Below the pieces are notes generated by a model. That model was not told the origin of the DNA, did no database searches, and was given only the letters and a program-made list of their open reading frames with translations. The position numbers were made by a program, and so were the translations under genes. A DNA stretch of 64,000 bases from a virus. Taxonomy: Duplodnaviria > Caudoviricetes. The DNA lies in the IMG/VR virus record IMGVR_UViG_3300033068_001957, positions 1-64,000 of that record. One strand, 5' to 3'. This document shows positions 27,356-36,552 of this stretch, in pieces (the first letter of the stretch is position 1; each line of letters begins with the position of its first letter).

Positions 27356-29941
27356 CTAGTCTTTCATCTGTGAAACTTTTAAAAATACGGAATTATCAAC
27401 CACCTTAAGTGAATCCACAAACACAATATCGCCCGACTTTTTGCCACGCAACATTAAAATATCCTCTTCTTTTAATTTGTTTTCTTTAAGCCAGAATGAC
27501 ATTGGGTGTTTGGTTGGATTGGGTTCTTGCTTCGAAGGCAGTTCTTCCTTGTCGAAGAACAGGCCAGTAGTTTTGCCGCCCTCATCTGACAGGTTGACTC
27601 GGAGGTAGTATTTGTTGTTCTTTTTGCTTTTTGATTTTACGTAGTCTGTAACTACACCGACTATACACACATCGTCCTTGTCGTCAAGCGAAATTAGTTC
27701 CAGAATGGGCGAAAACTTTTCTTTTGGGTCTTTGAATACGTCGCGAAGAGTTTGACTGTAAGAATAGCCTAACAGTTTACGCTCAAAAAACCAATGGCAG
27801 AACTTTTGGTGCTGACAATTATGATCGTAGAGTTTTTTGTATTCAGAATAGGCCAATCTTAGCGTTTCTAGGCGTTTGTCGTTGATGATGGGTTTGGCCT
27901 TGTCATTGAGCAGCTTGCCTTCTCCAGCGGCTTTGAGAAGCTTTAGGATATCGTAATTAAAGGATTCTCCGTAACTTGCGGCGAGAAGTTTTTCTTTGGC
28001 CGTCAATTTGTTGAAAATTTGAGCTTCCAAGACAAGAAGAGAGCGTTCTGTGTTGAATGAATCAAGACACCCAGCTTGGATTAGAGAGCAGAGGTTGCCG
28101 ATGTTTAGGCCCGATTCTTTGGCTTCGGTGAATACTTCGAATTTATTGGTATAAGTTTTGCCGCGAAAGAGGTTGAGTGATTCGGCGGTTTTTTCGCTGA
28201 TTCCCTTTATACTGTCCAATCCGAAACGAAGGTTCTTTCCCTCAATGGAAAAGTCATTATCGCTTTTAATTAAATCGGGTGGCAAAAGTTTGATATCGAA
28301 AAGCGGCAGTTCTTGAGAAATGGCTGAAATCTGCTCAAAAGGCTCTTGTTCGAATCGAGACATTTTCAAGAGAGAAAGAAAGAACTCCTGCGGATGATTA
28401 AACTTTAAAAACGTAGTCGCATAGGTGAGCATACTATAACTGATTGCATGAACTTGGGCGAATTGATAGTTTGCGCTATCAGACATAACCTTCCAAAGAA
28501 TATCTGCAATCTTGGAATCGAGATTATTTTCCTTGACTTTATCTCTAAGTTTTTGTTCCCATTCGGGCATCTTATCGACGAGCTTTTTCCCAATTATTTT
28601 TCGGCAGGTCTCACAATCTTCCAAGGAAAACCCCACCTTATTGAGGGCGCGTAAAATTTGCTCTTGGAAAATACAATTTCCGCCGCTCACACTAAATACA
28701 TCGTCTAAAAATGGATGGGGACTTTGAAATTCTCCCGTTGCTACGTATTCAGCATATTTATCAGCAAATTGCATGGCTCCTGGCCTGGAAATCGCTGTTA
28801 CAGCGGAAAGTTGAGCTAGATTAGAAGGTCTAACCTTTTGACAGACTCTAAGTGTCGCAGGTGTTTCAATCTGGAAAAGACCTTGGGGGGCAATTAAATT
28901 TTTATATGGTTCGTATCCGATTGGATTTTCTGGGTCTAAATCCTTCATTGTAATTCCGAGTTGCTTGCAACAATCAGCAACAACTGTTAATGTTTTTAGC
29001 CCAAGAATATCAAACTTCACAGCTAGACTTGCCACATCATTCATTTCAAAACCCGACACAGTTTCCCCTTCTTTCGTCATCTGAACTGGCATCAATTCTT
29101 CAATACCTTCTGCGCAGATAGCTATACCAGAAGCATGAACGCCAGTGTTCTTAACCAGACCTTCTAGTTTTTGGGCGATTTGAAATACTTTTGAATATTG
29201 TTCTGCGAGGGCGCGAAGTTTTTCACTCTCTTTTAGGGCGTCTTTTAAATCAAGTGGGATATTAAAGGCTTTGGGGACATTATCGCTAATATTTTTTACC
29301 TCATCTTCGCTCAAACCTTCGACAATCTTTCCGCATTCTCTAAGACAAAGTTTACTACTAAGCGTTCCTAACGTAAGAATTTTTGCCGTTCTTCCTGAAT
29401 GTCGCTCTTCAATAAATTTCATAACCTCATGGCGACGATCATAAGCGATATCAGAATCAACGTCCGCTAGAAGTGAGCCGTCTAGATACACCGTGCCGTC
29501 ATCATCAATGATTTTTTTCGCCCGACTTCTAGAAACGAAACGCTCAAAGAATAATCCATATTTAATTGGATCAACATCCGTTACTTGACAAAGATACAAG
29601 ACCAAACTGCCAGCGCACGACCCACGGCCATAACCTTTTGGAATTTCTTGTTCGATGCAAAAGGTATGGACTTCCCAATTGAGAAGTACGTATTCCACGA
29701 AACCCAATTCTTCAAACGTCTCCAACTCCCTCTTTACCCGATCATAGTACTCTTGCTTATTTGGAAGTTTGTCTATGCCCTTTTCTTGGATTCCTTTCCA
29801 GCAGAGGCGGCGAAGAAAGTTGTAATTGCTAGTTGTGTTGGGTAGTTCTAGTTCGTCATAAAATCGTTGGTCGATGGTGACTGATGGCAATTTTACACCC
29901 ACATGCAGAACGCGGGAATATTTTTGGAAGTTTTCTAACAT
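27356..29941 (-). CDS. dnaE: DNA polymerase III alpha subunit, catalytic part without PHP
   Basis: GRGSCAGSLVLY, FFERF, DVDSD, HASG, KFDILGL, FQIE, RFGLDSIKG, C-terminal OB fold. Confidence 0.93.
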   Translation of the reverse strand: MLENFQKYSRVLHVGVKLPSVTIDQRFYDELELPNTTSNYNFLRRLCWKGIQEKGIDKLPNKQEYYDRVKRELETFEELGFVEYVLLNWEVHTFCIEQEIPKGYGRGSCAGSLVLYLCQVTDVDPIKYGLFFERFVSRSRAKKIIDDDGTVYLDGSLLADVDSDIAYDRRHEVMKFIEERHSGRTAKILTLGTLSSKLCLRECGKIVEGLSEDEVKNISDNVPKAFNIPLDLKDALKESEKLRALAEQYSKVFQIAQKLEGLVKNTGVHASGIAICAEGIEELMPVQMTKEGETVSGFEMNDVASLAVKFDILGLKTLTVVADCCKQLGITMKDLDPENPIGYEPYKNLIAPQGLFQIETPATLRVCQKVRPSNLAQLSAVTAISRPGAMQFADKYAEYVATGEFQSPHPFLDDVFSVSGGNCIFQEQILRALNKVGFSLEDCETCRKIIGKKLVDKMPEWEQKLRDKVKENNLDSKIADILWKVMSDSANYQFAQVHAISYSMLTYATTFLKFNHPQEFFLSLLKMSRFEQEPFEQISAISQELPLFDIKLLPPDLIKSDNDFSIEGKNLRFGLDSIKGISEKTAESLNLFRGKTYTNKFEVFTEAKESGLNIGNLCSLIQAGCLDSFNTERSLLVLEAQIFNKLTAKEKLLAASYGESFNYDILKLLKAAGEGKLLNDKAKPIINDKRLETLRLAYSEYKKLYDHNCQHQKFCHWFFERKLLGYSYSQTLRDVFKDPKEKFSPILELISLDDKDDVCIVGVVTDYVKSKSKKNNKYYLRVNLSDEGGKTTGLFFDKEELPSKQEPNPTKHPMSFWLKENKLKEEDILMLRGKKSGDIVFVDSLKVVDNSVFLKVSQMKD

Positions 29942-29993
29942 ACTTTTTTAAATACCAACAATGATTCTGCGAGACAAATGGTGAGATTTAAAC

Positions 29994-30560
29994 TCATTCT
30001 TTAGTTTCGTTAAATTGTTCTTCCTTTTTATCATCTTCTAACTGTTTCTTTAGTTTGTGGATACATGTCCCACCATGTAGGTGAGACGACCAATTACAGT
30101 TGTGACATAGAACTCTATATTCGGGTGATATTTCTTGTTTTAATAAAAATCTATACATTTTATTTCCATACAAATTGTTTTCTCGCCGCTGTTTTGTGCC
30201 GCCACCATTTTTATGGTCTATCGCCAAAAAGTTCAATTCGGTTTCTCCACAACAGGCGCATTTTCCGCCGTATTTTTCCACTGCTTCTTTTTTTATAACT
30301 AGCGCTCTTTCTCTTTGTTGTTTTAAGATTTTTTCTGAATTTTTAATTCTGCGATCTTCGTCATATTGTTTTTTATTTTCTTTTTTCTTTTCTCTGGCTA
30401 CTTTCTGTCTTTCTCTTACTTCTGGACTATTATAAGAGTATTTACATATTTTACAATATACTTGAAGTCCGTCTTTTCTTTCTTTTTGTTTGTTAAAATT
30501 TTCTAAAGGAAGAACCTGTTCGCATTTGGGGCATTTTTTAGTATCGTTATGATCATTCAT
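29994..30560 (-). CDS. HNH homing endonuclease
   Basis: KKCPKC...DGLQVYCKIC; GGKCACCGE..IDH...VLCHNCN; GTGTAAC at 30572-30578. Confidence 0.85.
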   Translation of the reverse strand: MNDHNDTKKCPKCEQVLPLENFNKQKERKDGLQVYCKICKYSYNSPEVRERQKVAREKKKENKKQYDEDRRIKNSEKILKQQRERALVIKKEAVEKYGGKCACCGETELNFLAIDHKNGGGTKQRRENNLYGNKMYRFLLKQEISPEYRVLCHNCNWSSHLHGGTCIHKLKKQLEDDKKEEQFNETKE

Positions 30561-30667
30561 AGATGATCATAGTTACACCTTTAAATACTTTTTGACGAAT
30601 TCTCCGATGGGTTTAATGGAGAAGGTATCTTTGTTTGGCATTGCCCATACGCGAGAAAAAATCATAT

Positions 30668-31027
30668 TTATTGAGGAAATGGGCTATGTTTTGGCTTGTT
30701 TTGTTGCTTCAAACGAATTTGTTCGACCTTTCCCCAAATTCTTGTTAATTCTCGTTCTCCTTCTTCGTGCATATTTAATGTTTGGGCCAAGCAAAGCGCT
30801 GCCAACGTAATCATTACGCCGCCGACTTCCTGATGTTTTTCTCCCACGGGTCGATTAAAAACATAATCAACCAACTGGTGAGCTTCGCTTGCGGTACAGT
30901 CGCATGCTTGAACAAGTTCAAGAGCCTCCTCTAGGAAGCGATGATTGCGTTCTTTTTTATCGTTGGCGATTTCGTGGCCAAAACATGCGATTAGCCAATC
31001 TAGGGTTCTATCTTGTAGGTTTTGCAT
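30668..31027 (-). CDS. MazG-like NTP pyrophosphohydrolase-fold protein
   Basis: RFLEEALEL...QEVGGV all-alpha acidic motifs. Confidence 0.55.
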   Translation of the reverse strand: MQNLQDRTLDWLIACFGHEIANDKKERNHRFLEEALELVQACDCTASEAHQLVDYVFNRPVGEKHQEVGGVMITLAALCLAQTLNMHEEGERELTRIWGKVEQIRLKQQNKPKHSPFPQ

Positions 31028-31126
31028 ATTAAATTTCTAGTTCAAAGATTTGTAGATATTAAACGATTTTCGCAGGTTGTCAAGAGATTCCGTCATGTTT
31101 CGTATGAAAAAAGTGTAATATACGGT

Positions 31127-31939
31127 ATGGAATATGATCTAAACAATAAATACTGGGCTTACTTTTTGGGATTTTTTTGGGGAGATGGGTGTTTCGGTGC
31201 GAATGGGAAACCAACAACCCCAAGAATAGTAATTTTAAAATCTGATGCTGATATTCTTTTCCCAGTATTTGCTCAAATTCTATCTTTTCAATACCGAGAA
31301 TTTGAGCAGCCTAACGGCAAAATTGCCTCAGTTGCGCTGTTTAATTTTAATAAAAATAGTCTAATAAAGCTTTTAGCCGAAAATGATTATCTGTCTAAAG
31401 CCATATCCCCTCACACTAAAATATTAAAATTAATACCTGAAAATTTACACAACTATTTTTGGCGCGGATTTTTCGATGCGGATGGCTGTTTTTTTAAGAG
31501 CGTAAAGAGAAAAGGCGGCGTTTTTTCTGTGGTTAGCGACATAAGACAGGATTGGAGAGAAGTCAGAAAAATGTTTGCATCTATAGATGTCGAAAGCCTG
31601 CAAGAATACAAAGATGTAGAAAAAAATGGAAATAAAAGCTCAAAATTAATATTAGCCAATGGGAAAGGGATAAAAAAACTTTACGATTATCTTTATCCGT
31701 GTGGATTCGACCTTGGTCTTGAGAGAAAATTTCAAAAGGCGACGGATATTTTAGACTCTCTTCCTAAATATACATCTATACATAAGAATATTTCATGGAA
31801 TAAGAAAGACAAAAAATGGAATGTTATTGTTGGCGATAAATATCTAGGAAGATTTTCTGATATAAAGGACGCGGTAGATGCTAAAATCAGATTTCTAGCT
31901 CAAATATCTGCCTCCAAAACACTTGAAATGTCGCATTAA
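31127..31939 (+). CDS. LAGLIDADG homing endonuclease with C-terminal AP2-like domain
   Basis: FLGFFWGDG and FWRGFFDADG; SIHKNISWNKKDKKWNV..YLGRFSDIKDA; start MEYDL 7 nt after GTGTAAT. Confidence 0.85.
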   Translation: MEYDLNNKYWAYFLGFFWGDGCFGANGKPTTPRIVILKSDADILFPVFAQILSFQYREFEQPNGKIASVALFNFNKNSLIKLLAENDYLSKAISPHTKILKLIPENLHNYFWRGFFDADGCFFKSVKRKGGVFSVVSDIRQDWREVRKMFASIDVESLQEYKDVEKNGNKSSKLILANGKGIKKLYDYLYPCGFDLGLERKFQKATDILDSLPKYTSIHKNISWNKKDKKWNVIVGDKYLGRFSDIKDAVDAKIRFLAQISASKTLEMSH

Positions 31940-32522
31940 TATCCCAAACGGGATTATGATGGTCCGATGCCGAATATTCTAAACCATAATGCTTAAGCTG
32001 AGCCGATAAGCTAGCCTTTACTTTCCTATCTCTATGGTTCAACCAGCAATACTGCCACGCCAGTAAATCATCTCGCGGAGGAGATTTTGCGCCCGCTTGA
32101 ATAGCCCTAAATGTCGCTAAAATATCAATATGCCGATTCATCCAAGAATAATCAGTCTTGCGGCCCAAAACTTTTCTCCAATTATTGTGTAAAAAACAAT
32201 CAAAACCCATTCCATTCATCGTCACAACAATATACTCTGGGTTGTATAGATAGCTTTCAAATTCACCCAGAACTTCGGCGGGATCGCGGGCTTCTCTTTC
32301 GTATGTTTGCCTGTTAAAATGATTGAGCATGGCGATTTCTGGCTCAATCTCGTATGAAGGCCACCAGATTTTGCGTTCGAATTCGTTGATTATGTTTTTA
32401 CCCTTAGCTGTAGCAAATGCGATTTGCCATGGAAGGGTGGTAATCAAATTGAGCGCGTTTGATTCGCAATCCCAAATTAAATATTTTTGGTTGAAATTAT
32501 ATCTCAGCAAATCTTCAACCAT
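31887..32522 (-). CDS. DEDDh 3'-5' exonuclease (DnaQ/epsilon-like)
   Basis: IWDCES (Exo I), NGMGFD (Exo II), HHNPVWD (Exo III). Confidence 0.8.
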   Translation of the reverse strand: MVEDLLRYNFNQKYLIWDCESNALNLITTLPWQIAFATAKGKNIINEFERKIWWPSYEIEPEIAMLNHFNRQTYEREARDPAEVLGEFESYLYNPEYIVVTMNGMGFDCFLHNNWRKVLGRKTDYSWMNRHIDILATFRAIQAGAKSPPRDDLLAWQYCWLNHRDRKVKASLSAQLKHYGLEYSASDHHNPVWDINATFQVFWRQIFELEI

Positions 32523-32524
32523 AA

Positions 32525-32734
32525 TTATTTGATTGTTAGTGGCCGAACGCAATGATAATAAGCTCGATGGGTTGCATCCCCACATGATCCGCCGAGTCTT
32601 TTTGCTTCATTTTCTGCCTCTTCTTTATCTGCGTAAATATTAATTTCGCGCTCGAAGTCTCCCGAACTATCATCCCAGTCTGGATGACTTGAAACTATTT
32701 TGAGTAGTCTGTATAATTGTTTTTCTTTATTCAT
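32525..32734 (-). CDS. hypothetical protein
   Basis: 69 aa, tightly packed in the operon. Confidence 0.5.
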   Translation of the reverse strand: MNKEKQLYRLLKIVSSHPDWDDSSGDFEREINIYADKEEAENEAKRLGGSCGDATHRAYYHCVRPLTIK

Positions 32735-32961
32735 AGAATTTTATTTTCGGGCGTCACTATTCTAATCCATTTTTCCCTGACCGTCCACACTAAACTACTT
32801 GCCAACAAACACGCATCTTCTAAAGAATCTACGTAGTCATGATCCATCCAGACTCCACATTCCAAGAGATCCGCTCCCCAAGGTTGTTTGCATTGATTCA
32901 TGTCGGAACATCCGTCGCAAAGTTCAGGTATTAGAATTTGAATTTTCCATCTTTTCGACAT
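32731..32961 (-). CDS. hypothetical protein
   Basis: Likely start MSKRWK; CDGC motif. Confidence 0.45.
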   Translation of the reverse strand: MSKRWKIQILIPELCDGCSDMNQCKQPWGADLLECGVWMDHDYVDSLEDACLLASSLVWTVREKWIRIVTPENKIL

Positions 32962-33703
32962 AACATTCCCAACTAAAATTATCACTACCAAATCCATCAA
33001 GCTCTGGTCTGTCTAAGGTTTGAGCCTTGCCGCCTTTTCTATTTGTTAGAATCTTGAGAACCTGCATTGATTCGACATCGGAAGATTTTTCATAATATAC
33101 ATGATGAGTTTCTTCGACACCATAGCCGTTATCACGGGCAAAAGCAAGCGCTTTCTCTCTTAGAATATCATCAAATGGCAACCCATGATCTGCCACCCAA
33201 ATAATCGGGCGGCAAAAACTTAACTCGGGTAAACATTTTTTACCGTAAAACGCATTCTTGTGGATAAACGAATCGTAGAATTGAATAACTACCAATAGAT
33301 CGTCAACATACTTCTCTTTCAATAGCTGATAATCGAGAAACCCGCCGCATTTTGTTTGAACGTGCGAGTATAATTTCATCAACGCCTTGCATCCTTCGCT
33401 ATTTTTGGCGAAAATAGAAATCTTATGGGCAGATTCTACGCGAACTTTTTCTTCGTCCAACCTATTGTTGCAGATGTCGAAGCGAATGCCGTAAATTAAT
33501 TGGCAATCAAGTTTGTCTAGAACCTCGGATGCTTTTTTGAAGCAAATGAAATTGTCCTCTAGGAGAAGCAACGTCTTTAAGTTGTTATTCTTGACTATGG
33601 ACAGAATCGAGGGCGCGGATTCTGGTTTTGTTTTTTCGGGGGATTCGAATGTAAAAATCGACCTCCCGATTGAAAAGCTCGAAGAGAAGACAGCGTGGAT
33701 CAT
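32924..33703 (-). CDS. stand-alone PHP domain of DnaE (metal ligands degenerate)
   Basis: QLIYGIRF, HKISIFAKNSEGCKALMKLYS, HVYY match the DnaE N-terminus; HxH replaced by SSS. Confidence 0.8.
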   Translation of the reverse strand: MIHAVFSSSFSIGRSIFTFESPEKTKPESAPSILSIVKNNNLKTLLLLEDNFICFKKASEVLDKLDCQLIYGIRFDICNNRLDEEKVRVESAHKISIFAKNSEGCKALMKLYSHVQTKCGGFLDYQLLKEKYVDDLLVVIQFYDSFIHKNAFYGKKCLPELSFCRPIIWVADHGLPFDDILREKALAFARDNGYGVEETHHVYYEKSSDVESMQVLKILTNRKGGKAQTLDRPELDGFGSDNFSWECYVEKMENSNSNT

Positions 33704-33709
33704 TGATTA

Positions 33710-33737
33710 ACTTTACCTCAGAAATTTGATCTGTCAA
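33710..33737 (-). promoter_or_regulatory. sigma70-type promoter, leaderless geometry
   Basis: TTGACA-16-TAAAGT-6-ATG. Confidence 0.6.
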
Positions 33738-34915
33738 TCTTTATTGCCCATTTTCTGAATCTCTTCTCTGTATGCGGCGAAATCTATTAGTTCTAAAACA
33801 TGATGTTTCCAGCGATCCTCAAAAATATATACGTCCAACCCCTCGATAGTCCATCCGTGTTTCTTCAAAATCGAGGCATAAAAGCTCAACTGCAACGCAT
33901 ACTTCGTTAGTTTATTCGCGGGAAGATGAGAAAATGGGTGCTTGGGCTTGCTATGGGATTCTTCTTTTTCGGCCCCAATGTTTACCTTGTAGTCTTGGAT
34001 TCGGGCAATCTTTTTTTCTTTGTCCAGAATGGCTAGGCGGTCAATTAATCCGCCCCAGCCTGTAGCAGAATCGGTGACAAGGGCTTCGGCTACTACTTCT
34101 TGGACTTTGTATTTTTTGTCTAGTTTATTTGTTAAACGATTGAGGGATTCGATAGTTTTCTTCAAGAACGGATGTTTGGGCATGGCGTAATTGCCGTTAA
34201 CATCTTTTCCTGATTTTTTTCTTGTTTCAGTAATGGTGTGACCAATATGTCTGAAATTAATGTAATGCTCTAGGGCTAAGTGTATGGCTGTACCAAGTAG
34301 CCCCGCTACAGAGCCATTTGAGGCCCACATTTCTTCAATATCTGTTGCGCTGACTCCCCAATATTTTGCACATTGGCGGGCGATTTTGGGCGCATCAAAT
34401 GGATCATAGAATCTTTTGATATAAGTCGTGCCGCCCTTTAAAACTTTCGTTTTGCCGTTCCAACGCATGTTGTAAATATGCTTGGTATCATTAAAGTCAA
34501 CAATAACGTCTGGCTCCGAAAATGAGTGTTTTGTAATGATTTTGTCGTATTCAGATTCATCTTTAATTGGAATCTCAAACTTGACATAAATACCAACCAA
34601 CTCGCAACCCTCGGAATATTCGAAGGTAGTTTCGCCGTCTTTCTTGTACCAGACTTGATCTATTTTGGCCGAAACAGAATCAAGATGATCGCTGCACCAT
34701 GATTGGACGCTAAATTCCAGTCCTTCTTTTTTTCGCGGGACGTAGCCGATTTTCATCCCATTGTATTCCAAGCGAACGGCCTTGGGGTCAAATGCATTTT
34801 CTGGCTCGGGAATAACAGAAAGATTTTCGCCCTCTTTTAGTTCGGAAGTTTTCAGAACGGGGTTATCTTTTAAGGCAAAAGAAATGCCCGCTACGCTAGC
34901 AGTGATTTTATTCAT
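33734..34915 (-). CDS. HIRAN domain fused to PD-(D/E)XK (RecB/Cas4-like) exonuclease
   Basis: VAGISF..EPENAFDPKAVRL..KIGYVPR; GTAIHLALE..GLIDRL..DYKV..QLSFY. Confidence 0.8.
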   Translation of the reverse strand: MNKITASVAGISFALKDNPVLKTSELKEGENLSVIPEPENAFDPKAVRLEYNGMKIGYVPRKKEGLEFSVQSWCSDHLDSVSAKIDQVWYKKDGETTFEYSEGCELVGIYVKFEIPIKDESEYDKIITKHSFSEPDVIVDFNDTKHIYNMRWNGKTKVLKGGTTYIKRFYDPFDAPKIARQCAKYWGVSATDIEEMWASNGSVAGLLGTAIHLALEHYINFRHIGHTITETRKKSGKDVNGNYAMPKHPFLKKTIESLNRLTNKLDKKYKVQEVVAEALVTDSATGWGGLIDRLAILDKEKKIARIQDYKVNIGAEKEESHSKPKHPFSHLPANKLTKYALQLSFYASILKKHGWTIEGLDVYIFEDRWKHHVLELIDFAAYREEIQKMGNKD

Positions 34916-35097
34916 TAATTATAAGCGGAAAATAAATTGCGATTTGGTCCGTCTTCTAAATTTATCGTTAGTGTAAATCGCCTATCCATAGGGTTCTTTG
35001 CCAACTCATCATCAAAAGATAGGTCTATATGAAACATAACCATATCATCAGCCACGCCAGCGTCTTCTATTTGGTCCTTAATTTCTTTCCAAGTCAT
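34915..35097 (-). CDS. hypothetical protein
   Basis: 60 aa, overlaps its neighbours. Confidence 0.5.
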   Translation of the reverse strand: MTWKEIKDQIEDAGVADDMVMFHIDLSFDDELAKNPMDRRFTLTINLEDGPNRNLFSAYN

Positions 35098-35495
35098 GGG
35101 CGCAAATCTCTAACCGATTCGTCCAACAAATATCTACACTCTTCATTCTTCCAATCAAAGATATGGCCAATCACTTCAACATCTTCGGCCAAAAAACTTT
35201 CGCCACCGACTTTTCCAATTTCTTCGGGCGTCTTAAAGAGACGATAACCCAAAGCTCTTGGGTTCCAACCTACGATTTTCTTTTGGCGGGTTGTATAAGA
35301 ATCAAAAGGATCTTCTGTATCCCATAAAACAACATCATTTTCCCAAATATTTTTACCTTCTTTATCTTGGACTCCAGTGAATTGCATAGGTTCTAAACCG
35401 TCTGCGCCGTCTAAAAGATAGCCATAATCTTCCTCGTTAAGGTATTCCATCATGTTAGAATGGAAGGAATAAGCTCTAAATTTATAACGACTCAT
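35094..35495 (-). CDS. YopX family protein
   Basis: KFRAY...MQFTGVQDKEGKNIWENDVV..EVIGHIFD. Confidence 0.85.
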   Translation of the reverse strand: MSRYKFRAYSFHSNMMEYLNEEDYGYLLDGADGLEPMQFTGVQDKEGKNIWENDVVLWDTEDPFDSYTTRQKKIVGWNPRALGYRLFKTPEEIGKVGGESFLAEDVEVIGHIFDWKNEECRYLLDESVRDLRP

Positions 35496-36552
35496 ATTTC
35501 TTAAGGAATTTAGCTAGTTTATCGGCCTGAAATTTTTCGCGGTGCAAGTTAATTGTTTCTAGAATTTCAGATTTCGGCAGTATAGCACCATTCTTACTCC
35601 AGTCAACTATATTTTTGTTTTCTTTTTGCATATCGCCCAAGTCATTTAGCGTAGGAAGTTTAATTCTCAGCATTTCTACGGGGAAAACCGAAGATAATTT
35701 AATCATGTTTTTAATGGCGGCGATTTTGCCAGTATTTTGTTCCTTTGATGAATCATTATTAGTGGAAATAGTAATCATCGACGGATCAATGCTTAACAGA
35801 AATGCCAGCAGTTTCGCCGAACAGTCTAGGCCAAAGTTTACCAAGTGATTAAATATCTTGTTTTCACATAAGGCCATGCTATCGCCAATACTCTCCACTA
35901 GAATAACTTCTGGAGCATCGACAAAATACTCCTTACACTGGCTGATTGTATAGTAAGGAAAAACAAACGTATCCTTGCGGCCAATGTGTTTCCATTTTGG
36001 GGTGTTGGGTTTGTCTTCATGGTAAATGTGCCGTCCTGAGAAGCCAATGATTTGTTCGTGTTCGTCAAAGATCGGAAACGTCATACGCTGAAACATCTGA
36101 TCTTTGGTTGCGTAGCCCATCTTATACATCTTCTGAGTAGTGGCGGAAATCCCGCGTTTCTCGTAGAATGAGTAATTTGGCAGCAATCTTTCCAAACAGG
36201 CTTTGTCGTAAGTTTTGGGCATGAGGTATTTGGCTTTTGGGGTGGCGATATATTCTCGCCGTTCTGCGTTGATTAGGGATAGTATGTTTTGCCGATTCTG
36301 AGTCCCGAGAGTTTTTGCCACTAAATCATAAAGAGAAAATCCTTTTTTATCTTCGCCGAAATCAACTGTCCAGCCCGAGTTTTTCCATACTTTGAGGGCG
36401 TTAAAAGTATCGCCGCCTCTGTAAATGGCTCTCGTTCTAACGAAATCGCCGCAATCCTGAATGGGGTATCCAAGATTAGATAAGATTTCAACTACCTTAC
36501 CTGACTCATAATGTTGGAATTTTTTCGGCCCATCAGAAGGAGTCGGGTTCAT
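35482..36552 (-). CDS. DnaG-type primase
   Basis: RMTFPIFD..IIGFSGR, PKWKH, TOPRIM VILVESIGD. Confidence 0.85.
   Translation of the reverse strand: MNPTPSDGPKKFQHYESGKVVEILSNLGYPIQDCGDFVRTRAIYRGGDTFNALKVWKNSGWTVDFGEDKKGFSLYDLVAKTLGTQNRQNILSLINAERREYIATPKAKYLMPKTYDKACLERLLPNYSFYEKRGISATTQKMYKMGYATKDQMFQRMTFPIFDEHEQIIGFSGRHIYHEDKPNTPKWKHIGRKDTFVFPYYTISQCKEYFVDAPEVILVESIGDSMALCENKIFNHLVNFGLDCSAKLLAFLLSIDPSMITISTNNDSSKEQNTGKIAAIKNMIKLSSVFPVEMLRIKLPTLNDLGDMQKENKNIVDWSKNGAILPKSEILETINLHREKFQADKLAKFLKKYESL

Noticed and set aside
29941-32924. Group I intron or split intein re-joining PHP and DnaE
   Set aside because: The interval holds several ordinary genes on both strands; no intein C/S...HN termini or recognisable intron core were seen.
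33734-34915. Cas4 / CRISPR adaptation gene
   Set aside because: It lacks the four Fe-S cysteines, there is no array or cas1, and it sits in a replication operon.
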